Below are positions 54,701-64,000 of a DNA stretch of 64,000 bases, piece by piece. Location of the stretch: contig OZ024755.1 in NCBI GenBank assembly GCA_964016885.1, forward strand, positions 22,382,001 through 22,446,000. The letters run 5' to 3'. Both the position numbers and the translations under genes were made by a program. Under the pieces are notes generated by a model. That model did not search any database and had not been told where the DNA came from. It was given only the letters and a program-made list of their open reading frames with translations. How positions within the stretch are numbered: the stretch's first letter is position 1; each line of letters begins with the position of its first letter. The stretch is from Eledone cirrhosa (Eukaryota).

Positions 54701-54895
54701 TCACTACCATAGGCGCTGAGCTGGCCAGCTGCAGGTGTGAGCCCCACGAGTTGGAGTGGCTTTTCCAGCGCGTCTCCCTTGCCGTCCTCCGGGGAAACGC
54801 CTTCTCTATTCTGTCCGCCGGGGCTGTGGGTGGGCCCCATCGTGTACTGTTGTAGTTGTTGTAGAAGAAACAGGAAGACAACAACTGGAGTGCTA
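54701..54895 (+). mobile_element. CRE-clade non-LTR retrotransposon 3' fragment
   Basis: GC-rich island translating [19 protein letters not shown], which matches the QR(I/L)S.A(I/V).RGNA..IL C-terminal motif of CRE-like RLE elements; lies between (TA)n and (CA)n. Confidence 0.75.
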
Positions 54896-55032
54896 TACAC
54901 ACACACACACATATATAATTTAACGCTGATATACATACCCCCACACACACGCACATATATATTTACACACATGTACACATATATCATCATGGTTTAATGA
55001 CCATTTATATATAACATCATGGCTTAACGTCC

Positions 55033-55064
<32 letters not shown>

Positions 55065-55200
55065 TAGAAAGTGAGGTTTTTTTTACAAAATGAAAAATAA
55101 CCGAGGTGTCCTACACGAGTGGAAGTATAAAGAAAAAGGGATGAAATCGAAAATGCAACTGAAGTCTTATTTTTTAAAAAATATATATATTTATTTGATT

Positions 55201-55238
55201 CCTTTACCGGTTTCGCAGTTCTTCTGCTTTTCAAAAGG
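55201..55238 (-). ncRNA. Minimal type I hammerhead ribozyme, U3-A8 core variant
   Basis: Minus strand CCTT-TTGAAAA-GCAG-AAGAA-CTGC-GAAA-CCGG-TA/AAGG: perfect stems I and II, palindromic ACCGGT stem III, GUA triplet. Confidence 0.8.
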
Positions 55239-55751
55239 TGAGTTGAGATGGAGGGTCTGTGGTTTTTCTCACATCTGGTTGGTCTCTAAATGTTACTTGT
55301 TTTATATGGAAAAACTGGCTCGAAAACCAAGTTTTTCGAGAAGTAATTTGATTGGTTTGTCAATAATTATAATAAATTTCGCGCCAGTTCGCGTTACAAT
55401 AGTTCTTCAAATAAGAGAGGGGGGGGGGGTTTGTCACAGGTTGTTTTTTCATATATGAGTGTTTGAATTTCTTTTTACTTGAAAAAATGAGGCTCACGAA
55501 GGCTTTTTTTTGGTTGGTTATAAATGAAATTTGGCTGTCACGTGAACAAGTTTTCATTACATTTTTGCGCCCTTATTTGGAAAACTATTCTGTAGTCTAT
55601 AGTGAATGTTATGACGATGGAGAGATAGTGGTCAAGGGAAAAGGGATTGGGAGAAATGTTCTGGTTCAGTGAATATGGCCAGCTGTCAGAGTTCAGGTGT
55701 CAGAGTTCAGATTTTCTATTGAGACTGAAGATATGTGTTTATTTGTGTGCT

Positions 55752-55790
<39 letters not shown>

Positions 55791-56040
55791 ATTGGAAGAT
55801 GATTCTATTAGTAGAGATGGGGGAGGGAGTTGTGTGTGTGTGTATATGGGTGTTATGTGTGTGTGTGCGAGTATGTTAGATAGAGAGAATATATATTTTT
55901 TGTGTGTGTGTATATATATATGTGTGTAGGAAAGTGGTTCTATTAGTAGAAATGGGGAGGGTGTTGTAGGTGTGGGGGTTTTTATGTGTGTGTATGGGTG
56001 TTATGTGTGTGGGAGTATGGTTAGCATGTTAAGATGAAGA

Positions 56041-56081
<41 letters not shown>

Positions 56082-56285
56082 GTGTGTGTATGTGTGTGTG
56101 TAGGAAAATGATTCCTTTAGTAGGAATATTTTTGAATGAACATATTTTCCTGACTTTTTCGTGTTTGCTGTTGTATTGCCAGTGCAAACGTATGTTTAAG
56201 GTTTATTTAGTTCGGGTTTTTATTTTCTAAAGTAGGTGTTATGTGTGTGTGTGTATGTCATATTGTGGTGTTGACATAATGTATA

Positions 56286-58556
56286 TTAAACCTTATTTAA
56301 TGTTGGTCTATATTTTTGAATAAACATATTTTCCTTATTTATTCGCATTTGTTCTGTTGTATTGTTAGCGCAAAGGTAAAATGGGAAGACTTGGAATTTG
56401 GGTGTCTTATTACTTGCGCAAATGTCTAGATGTGCACTTAGTGGTATTTGTCTCGTGGTTGGATCTCGTAATTGTTGGCGATGAACTGTCATTCTGTTTC
56501 TGAGTGTGAGTTTAGTTTGTCCTATATAATCTTCATTGCATCCTTTACATTTAATGGCATAAATTAGATTTTTTGATGAGCAAGTGAAGTGATTTTTTAC
56601 AGTAAAATTTTGTCCTGATTTAAATGTATACGTGTTGCCTTCAATGAGGTGAGTGCAGGTTCCACAATTAGAGCGACCACATTTTTTGATACTTGGTTGT
56701 GGGTTTGTGGTAGGTAATTTGGCATTGGTGAGTAATGTTTTCAGTGATTTTGGTTGTCTTTTGCTTTTGGTTATTTTGTGTGTTTCAAGGGCTTTTTTCA
56801 TTCTTGGGTTTTGTTTTAGTAGTGGGATGTTATTGTGAATAGTGTTGTAAGCTTCCGCATTTCTTGGGTTGTGTGTTGAGATATATGATAGAATATTGGA
56901 CGTACCTTGAATTTGTTTCTGTTTCCGTAATTCATCAATGCCTATTGCTTTAGCCCTTTCTATTCCATTATTTATTAGTAATAGTGGGTACTCTCTCTCA
57001 AGTAGAATTTCCTTTAATTCTTGAAGTCTTTTATTTCGCGTTTCATAATTGGAGACAATTGTGCAAATTCTTCTTGCTAGGTTAAAAGGAATGTTCGTCT
57101 TCGTGTGCTTTGGATGGTTGGAGGTGAATAGCAGATATTGTTTGGAATCTGTTGGTTTGTAGTGTATGTCAGTTTCGATATTTGTGTCTTTTTTTGTGAT
57201 TAAGATGTCCAGAAATGGGAGTTGATCTTGGCTGTATTCCATTGTGAATTGGATGTGGTTATTGATGCCGTTTATTAAGTTTTTGAAATCCTTCAGTTGG
57301 TCGAGTGTGTGGGACCAAAGAATGAGGCAATCATCCAAGTAGCGTTTCCAATTCTCTGATAAATATTTGTGGAAGTTCAATCCGTATTTTGATTTGGACT
57401 GTTCATATATCTGGACTTCTAAGTATGCCATGACTAAGTTGGCATAAGTTGGAGCGGCTTTTGTGCCCATCGCAGTCCCCGATATTTGCTTGTAAGTATT
57501 GCCATCGAAATCAAAAAAGTTGTTCTGTAGGATGAATTTTAATCCCTCGGTGATGAAGCTTTTTTCTATTCTGTCAGGTATCTCATTGGGATATTTCTCT
57601 AGCCAGAATCCTATTGCTTCTAGTCCGTATTGGTGTGGGATCGTTGTGTAGAGATTCACTACATCGAAAGATACAATAATAGTGTCGTTGTTGACATGTT
57701 TGGGGAGGTGGTTTAAGAGGTCCAGATCGTCTCTTACAAGGCTTGGTATGTGTTTCAGTATTGGTTTCAGTAGTATGTCTATAAAGTTGCTCAATCTGTG
57801 TGTTTCACATTGTGGGCCCGCTACAATTGGTCTTAATTTAAGGTCTGTGGGGTATTGTGTGTTCACGCAGGCTGAGGTGGATTGTTTACAGGCATCGTTG
57901 ATTATTTTACATTTGTGGATCTTCGGAAGTCCGTAAAGGTTGCTGGTTTTGTATTCAAAATTTGTTAAATAATCGCGTTCCTTTTTAGTTAGGTCTTCCT
58001 GGTATCGATAAATCAGTGTGTTTAATTTGGTCATTATTTTTGATTGCTGGTAGTTTTTTACTCTTTCATAGTAATTAGCATTTTGTAAGAGAGAGAACAT
58101 AGAATTTTTATATTTTTCAGCCTCCATAATGACAACAGTACTTCCCTTGTCCGCTTCCTTAATTACAATGTCCGGATTGTTTTTTAGTTCATGGATAATC
58201 TCCCATTCCCTTCGACTTGTGTTGGGTTTGGGTTTAGGTTGCGGTAGTTCATGGTATGGGAAGGTAGCTATGTGGTCACAAAATTTGTCCAGAACTCTGT
58301 TTCTACCTTTTGTTGGGTTGTAGCTGCTTTTATTCCGTACAATTGATTCGTCGTTATTCTCCTTGTCAAAGAATTCCTCTGTGAGACGTAATTTTCTACA
58401 GAAGTGTGAGATATCGTCATTTATCTCGTTGGGGTTAGGATATTGTGGTGTTGGTGTGAATTTCAGACCTTTGGAGAGAATTTTTACTTGTTGGGCTGAG
58501 AGGTTTGTATTTGAAATGTTAATTATTTTCGGTTTTTCAAAATCGGTTTGTGCCAC
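56286..58556 (-). CDS. Penelope-like reverse transcriptase with C-terminal GIY-YIG endonuclease
   Basis: LSKGLKFTPTP, YGLPKIHK, LRPIV, FDVVNLYTTI, GTAMGTKAAPTYAN, RYLDD, PFLD, CGRSNCGTC linker, NLIY...CKGC...YIGQT...R...H. Uninterrupted frame, but the annotated start is GTG. Confidence 0.93.
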   Translation of the reverse strand: MAQTDFEKPKIINISNTNLSAQQVKILSKGLKFTPTPQYPNPNEINDDISHFCRKLRLTEEFFDKENNDESIVRNKSSYNPTKGRNRVLDKFCDHIATFPYHELPQPKPKPNTSRREWEIIHELKNNPDIVIKEADKGSTVVIMEAEKYKNSMFSLLQNANYYERVKNYQQSKIMTKLNTLIYRYQEDLTKKERDYLTNFEYKTSNLYGLPKIHKCKIINDACKQSTSACVNTQYPTDLKLRPIVAGPQCETHRLSNFIDILLKPILKHIPSLVRDDLDLLNHLPKHVNNDTIIVSFDVVNLYTTIPHQYGLEAIGFWLEKYPNEIPDRIEKSFITEGLKFILQNNFFDFDGNTYKQISGTAMGTKAAPTYANLVMAYLEVQIYEQSKSKYGLNFHKYLSENWKRYLDDCLILWSHTLDQLKDFKNLINGINNHIQFTMEYSQDQLPFLDILITKKDTNIETDIHYKPTDSKQYLLFTSNHPKHTKTNIPFNLARRICTIVSNYETRNKRLQELKEILLEREYPLLLINNGIERAKAIGIDELRKQKQIQGTSNILSYISTHNPRNAEAYNTIHNNIPLLKQNPRMKKALETHKITKSKRQPKSLKTLLTNAKLPTTNPQPSIKKCGRSNCGTCTHLIEGNTYTFKSGQNFTVKNHFTCSSKNLIYAIKCKGCNEDYIGQTKLTLRNRMTVHRQQLRDPTTRQIPLSAHLDICASNKTPKFQVFPFYLCANNTTEQMRINKENMFIQKYRPTLNKV

Positions 58557-58731
58557 CGGGTGTCGTGAGTCCTGTAGCCTTGGTCTAAAAAATGATTTTT
58601 CTGGAATGTTTTTTCATTGGTATTATTATATCTAATGGTATTTCCCCTGTTGTTGTGTGGTCTTGTATAGAAGTTTCGGACGTATTGAGGTTCGGTTTGT
58701 TGATAGTCCGGGTTGTAGATTTGGTTCCTAA
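58523..58731 (-). CDS. C-terminal remnant of an upstream ORF1 of the Penelope-like element, overlapping the RT frame
   Basis: Stop-free frame RNQIYNPDYQQTEPQYVRNFYTRPHNNRGNTIRYNNTNEKTFQKNHFLDQGYRTHDTRWHKPILKNRK*, truncated at the element 5' junction. Confidence 0.55.
58586..58592 (-). promoter_or_regulatory. Putative -1 ribosomal frameshift slippery heptamer U UUU UUA
   Basis: CAT TTT TTA GAC in the ORF1 frame; a -1 slip enters the RT frame (TTT TTT AGA CCA AGG...). Confidence 0.6.
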
Positions 58732-58855
58732 CTGAATGAACTGGAACAACATGAAGTGAAGCGTCATCCTTAAGAATATAACATGCTGCCAGGACTAGGA
58801 ATTGAACCCACTCCTACACAATCCAACACCCTAACTAGTAGGCTATGTACCATCA
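58732..58855 (-). mobile_element. Family-B SINE 5' half abutting the Penelope-like element
   Basis: Minus strand tagcctactagttagggtg...gggttcaattcc...cttcacttcatgttg.t.c.gt..a.tcag, similar to 2547-2625. Confidence 0.6.
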
Positions 58856-58936
58856 CAGTTCAATACTTTAACCATTTGGTCATACATATTCATGTTGTAA
58901 AATGAAAATATTTGTATATATATATATATATATATG

Positions 58937-59412
58937 TATAAAAAGGTGCAGAGCACTAGAAGTTGATGGAAACCGCGGAGTGGGGAGACCCAAGATGACT
59001 TGGGATGAGGTGATAAAAGCCGACCTTACCCAACTACACCTCTCAAAGTCAATGACACACGACCGTGACTTCTGGCGTCACGCAGTAATACAGGGTACCC
59101 GACCTCCCATGGGTACATGCTGAAGCATATAAACAATATGCCCCCCCCCACCGCAAGGTGGTCGTGGAGGTGCCACGGCAAAAAAGCACCCAGCCCACAC
59201 TGTAAAGTGGACGTGTAGGCGCCACGAAAAAGCACCCAGCACTCACTGTAAATGAGGTTGGTGTTAGGAAGGGCATCCAGCTGTAGAAATCAAGCCAGAT
59301 CAGTTCCTGTATGAGCAAGGCATGGTCAGCCGACCAGACACTGCCCACAACAGGACAACCCGTCTAACCCATGCTAGCGTGGAAGAACGGACGTAAAACG
59401 GTGATGATGATG
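58937..59412 (+). mobile_element. RTE 3' fragment (ORF end, full 3' UTR, (TGA)n tail) in (TA)n
   Basis: IKRCRALEVDGNRGVGRPKMTWDEVIKADL...DRDFWR; tail gtgatgatgatga. Confidence 0.9.
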
Positions 59413-59608
<196 letters not shown>

Positions 59609-59993
59609 TCTTTGGTAGTGTCAGGGTGTAGAATTATTGGTTGTGTGCTGCAAATCTATGTCATTCAGCTTCTGACTGTGCAGCCACAGCTGTGTGCTTT
59701 TAATGTTTCAGTTTAGTTTATTTATTCTTTTGAGGTACTTATCATACAGACATTTATTTCTCCTTTCACACCTCAATATTCCTTGCTACTTCTCTTTGCA
59801 TCACACTTTTGCCTTTGTTGTCTTTCAAGGAGTTTTTTTTTTACACTTTTATTTTCTTTCTATTTTGCCTATTTCAGTTTTTACAACCAGTTTTACTCTT
59901 TAAATCTTACTTCCTTTATGTGAATGCAATAGAGCCTCTGTTTTGTTAATGCTTATATGTTATTTAGAATGTTCATTTCTTTTCTGCTTTCCT

Positions 59994-60049
<56 letters not shown>

Positions 60050-60349
60050 ATATATCTCCTCATCATCATCATTATTTTTATTCCCACTTTTCCATGCTTG
60101 CATGGGTTGGCTATATATATATGTATATATATATATACATACAAACAAATTCATTTATGATAAGTCCTTCAGTAGCAGTTCTCTATTTATACTATTACTG
60201 AAACTCAAGTGTCTTATTACATATAGTGAGTGATCCTGGTAGTATTTTAGGGGGAGGGGGGGGGGGGTTATTGTTAATCCTCAAAATAATCTGGATGAAA
60301 GGTAAAGTTGACCTCGGCCGGATTTGAACTCAGAGAACAGTCTATCTAG

Positions 60350-60735
60350 AAGGTCGGACGCCATGCTTTGACGCATAGAGTTGCGGCCCTTGCCATTCTG
60401 AGTTCAAATCCCGCCGAGGTTAACTTTGCCTTTCATCCTTACGGAGTCGATAAAATAAAGTACCAGTAATACACTGGGATAGTTGCTGGCCTTGTGCCAA
60501 AAGTAGAAACAATTATTTTTACTATGAAGGCAGTATCAGTAGAGTGTTGGACACCATGCTTAGCAGCATAGAGTTATGGCTCTTTATGTTCTGAGTTTAA
60601 ATCCCGCCAAGGTTAGCTTTGCCTTTCATCCTTACGGGATCAATAAAATAAAGCACCAGTAATGCACTGGGATTGAATTAATCGACTTTCCCTTCTTCCC
60701 AAATTGCAGGCCTTGTGCCTGAAGTAGAAATCATT
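60350..60735 (+). mobile_element. Two tandem family-A SINEs, preceded by an inverted fragment at ~60290-60335
   Basis: Family-A cores. Confidence 0.88.
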
Positions 60736-61882
60736 ATTATTATTATTATTATTATTTCCAATTTTATATTCTTTCAGTATTTTTTTTATTTTTATTTATT
60801 CTTTTAATATGTTTCTAATGGAAGACATCTTGACCAGCTACTGTACTAGAGTTTTATGACAAATATAGTTTATTCAACTGTATAATATATTCATTAATCT
60901 ACTATGTATTTGTCAGGAATCTATATACATATGTTCATTAGCCATACCACCTGTGTCGGGCATCTTCAACTTGCAGGTCATGTCATGAAAAGGCAATGAA
61001 ACTGCTACAAAACTTTTACTATGGGAGCCCACTAATGTGAAATGCAAACACGGAAGGCCTCGCAAGAGAGTCATTGAAGAAGATACAGAATTATCCTGTG
61101 TAGAATTGAAGCAGTTAATGCTTGATTGTGTGAGATGGAAAGGTTTTATCATGTCACCACAAAGAAGTTGATGAATTTAGTAGTAGTAGATAATATACAT
61201 CTATAAACATTGCATACTTCTATGTGTGTACATTAGTGCTTTTTCTATAGATATCTTAATTTTCAATGACTATAGTAAACCATATATATGTGCTCAAGTT
61301 ACAATGAGTTCTAAATCTTTATTTGAAAATCATTCTTGTATTAAATGTTCATTTCTTATCTCAAAGTACAGAACTGAAATTAAGTAAAGCTGATAAACAT
61401 TCTTCTTCAATCCTAAATATGAACAAGAAATATTCCTTGCTAATATAGTGTAATTTTTATATCTCATTTTTACCAAGCATGATGTTATCATGTTAATGTC
61501 TACTGACTCAAATCTAGGGCGATTTATACATGCTAGTTGTTTCCTAACTGATATTTCTCTTGTTCTAATCTCTAACAGTTTTATTTCTCTCCACTATTAT
61601 AATATTTATTTCCTTGTCATGACACCAGTCTTGCAGTTATCAGAAAACAATCTCTATATAATTGTCAGTAGCCTTATTAAGTGATAAAATTCATTCTCTA
61701 ATACAGGGACTAAAACTCGTTTCATGTTCTAATTTTCATAGTTAACAGAAAAACGTTTAAATATATCATTTTCATTTGACCTGAAAACAGTCCCTTTATG
61801 TTTTGTTCTAGATTCTTTTCCGCTGTGGTAGACATTATTAGTACAGGTCTTTTATTTGTTTCAGTTATTGTTTTCTCCTTAG

Positions 61883-61958
61883 ATCTGTACGACTGATATG
61901 GAGACTAATGTAATATTTATCACAGGCTATGAGGAAAAGGTAGACTTTAAACAACATT
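61883..61958 (+). other. Candidate exon
   Basis: TTGTTTTCTCCTTAG| acceptor and |GTAAGT donor; frame 0 open (ICTTDMETNVIFITGYEEKVDFKQH). Confidence 0.35.
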
Positions 61959-62869
61959 GTAAGTAGGTATAGACCTTCCAGATACAACTTTGTTCTTTCT
62001 GCCTCAAATATAGGGTGTCATTTACAATTACATATGTAATAAATCTTCTGTCTGAGTTAAGATGTTTAATCAATGACCTCTTACCAATATGCAATAGTAT
62101 ACAGTTTGTCCAGGAATCAAAATATTTTCTCTGAAAATTTGAGTTAACACATTATATCCAGTGGTTATTTGATGAGGTCAGATGAATGAATATTTTAGCT
62201 GTTCTATTGGAACCTGGGATGAGTTTCAAGAAATTATGATGGTTCTTAAGAATTATACAAGAGAGAACACAAGAATAGTATCATTGCCTTTCCCTTGGGC
62301 AACATCGGTGGCATGGAGAGGGGAGACTGGTATGAATGGGGGACTGCTGGTCTTCCACAAACATGTGCCTGGATTTGTGCCACGGAGGGAGAACTTTCTG
62401 GGTGAAAATCCCATGGTCATTTATGACTGAATGGGGTCTTTACCTTTGCACTGCCCAAATTTCTTGATATCAAGAATAGAAATTGATTTTAGAAAGTATG
62501 AGGGGTTAGAAAGGTTATGTTCCTGCTGGTTCAAGTAAAGAAGAAGATAGAGGAAAGCATCCAGACTAACAGAATGAGATGGGTAATTTAAGTCTTAGTA
62601 AATTTAACATTGCAATATTCTGGATCAGGGATTTTTAACTTGGAGGAGAGCATGGCCCACATAGAATTGAGAGATGATTTATTAGGTACAATATTTTACG
62701 TCAACATCTGAAAAAAGACCCTTTTGGAGGAACCCCATCACATCCACTTGCATTCGCGATTGTATTCTATCAGTTATTAATAAAATACCAGCCCTTGGTG
62801 TTAAATTAACAGAATTGGTAAAACTCTGAATGGAATGTTTTGCATTATCTGTTCTATCTCTGTGTATTC

Positions 62870-63243
62870 TGTCACACCTGTCACCTCCTGTTACCTGTCA
62901 CACCTGTCACCTCCTGTTATCTGTCACCTCCTGTCATCTGTTACCTGTCACTTCCTTTTATCTGTCATCCCTGTCATCGGGCACCCTTGTCATCTGTCAC
63001 CCCCTGTCATCTGTCACCCCTGTCATTTATCACCTGCTGTCATCTGTTACCTGTCACCTCTTGTTATCTGTCACCTCTTGTTACCTGTCACCTCTTGTTA
63101 TCTGTCACCTCTTGTTACCTGTCACCTCTTGTTACCTGTCACCTCTTGTTATCTGTCACCTCTTGTTACCTGACACTCCTGTCATCTGTCACCTCATGTC
63201 ACCCATCATCTGTTACATATCACCTGTCATGTGTCACCTGTCA
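62870..63243. repeat. Degenerate CTGTCAC-based minisatellite (7/17-bp units)
   Basis: ctgtcacctcttgtta(c/t) repeated. Confidence 0.9.
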
Positions 63244-63610
63244 CTAACGACAGATGACGGGAAACATGATAGAACTGAGGTCCCAACAAACTTTCTATGA
63301 GGTGCAGCATAATAGGAAGTTGGCTAAATGCATTCAGGTGTGACGGCTAAAGGTATGCTGGTGTGAGCTTTAAAAACAACATCATCCTGCCTTGGTCTCA
63401 CTGTCAGATTGAAAACCCTGTTTATAGAGAGATAAACTTTTACATTAGAAGTCAAAGGCAAGGGGTGATTAAAAATGTGAAGAACTGCTGTTCTAGATAA
63501 TAAAAAGATTTTGTTTGAAAATTCTGAATGAAGGTAATAATTTGTGTATAAAACACTGAATAAACCAAACTGATGTTAAAATTCTTTTTTTTTTTTTCTC
63601 CAAACTGCAG

Positions 63611-63736
63611 GAATCCGTTGAATGAGGACTTTTGAAAGGACAAGAAAGAACCAACTATGAGAACCTTCTGTTAATGGATTAACCATGCCACTGTCTGTCT
63701 TTAAAGAAGGCCATGATGCTCTGGATTCTCTTTCAG
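63611..63736 (+). other. Candidate exon, possibly containing a start codon
   Basis: Long poly-T tract then ctccaaactgcAG|; accATG at 63685 is open to TCAG|GTTTGT. Confidence 0.35.
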
Positions 63737-63765
63737 GTTTGTTTAGTATTATTATTCTCTGAGAA

Positions 63766-63985
63766 TAGAGCAGTGGATTATCAGTAATTGGTAGAGTGTT
63801 GGATAACATGCTTTGTGGCATAGAGTTACGGCCCTTTACATTCTGAGTTCAAATCCCGCCAAGGTTAGCTTTGCCTTTCATCCTTAGGAGGTCAATAAAA
63901 TGTAGTACCAGTAACACATTAGGGTCAGTTTAATCAACTTTCCCCTCCCCAAAAACTTGTTGGCCTTGTGCCTACATCAAAAATC
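63766..63985 (+). mobile_element. Family-A SINE with TSD of at least 15 bp
   Basis: ATTATTCTCTGAGAA at 63751-63765 and 63986-64000. Confidence 0.88.
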
Positions 63986-64000
63986 ATTATTCTCTGAGAA

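Larger units (their letters stand above)
55064..58731 (-). mobile_element. Penelope-like retroelement (probably Neptune clade), 5'-truncated
   Basis: RT + GIY-YIG ORF, Cys-rich linker, ~1.2-kb 3' region with hammerhead and AATAAA, ending at (TA)n. Confidence 0.9.

Noticed and set aside
53737-54990. YI/IY-rich ORFs (also 4769-5650, 59300-59716 and others)
   Set aside because: Translations of (TA)n/(CA)n microsatellites.
58585-58767. 60-aa ATG ORF as the PLE ORF1
   Set aside because: Its ATG lies in the adjacent SINE fragment, and its frame is not the one linked to RT by the slippery site.
62830-63300. Cys/His-rich ORFs
   Set aside because: Derived from the CTGTCAC minisatellite and open in all three frames.

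Overview
This is AT-rich, repeat-dominated eukaryotic DNA, intronic or intergenic. The SINE, RTE and microsatellite complement resembles coleoid cephalopod (octopus-like) genomes; that assignment is inference. No recognisable host protein-coding gene is present, only a few candidate small exons. Main contents: (1) a 5'-truncated Penelope-like retroelement, probably Neptune-type (55064-58731, minus), with an uninterrupted RT + GIY-YIG frame. That frame has no ATG near its start and is entered from an overlapping upstream ORF through a correctly phased U-UUU-UUA -1 slippery site. Its 3' pseudo-LTR carries a minimal hammerhead ribozyme with a compensatory U3-A8 core. (2) A second, canonical-core minimal hammerhead (30393-30437) and a CpG-decayed fossil hammerhead (48575-48618). 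(3) RTE-clade LINE copies with a PHD-type zinc finger inside the RT. (4) A CRE-like retrotransposon 3' fragment, many tRNA-derived SINEs (some serially stacked, with target-site duplications) and piggyBac-type TTAA MITEs. (5) A 4.4-kb 18-bp satellite with 306-bp higher-order periodicity, plus several minisatellites. (6) A perfect 76-bp-arm hairpin bearing the footprint of a replication template switch. Most ORFs in the supplied track are artefacts of microsatellites.
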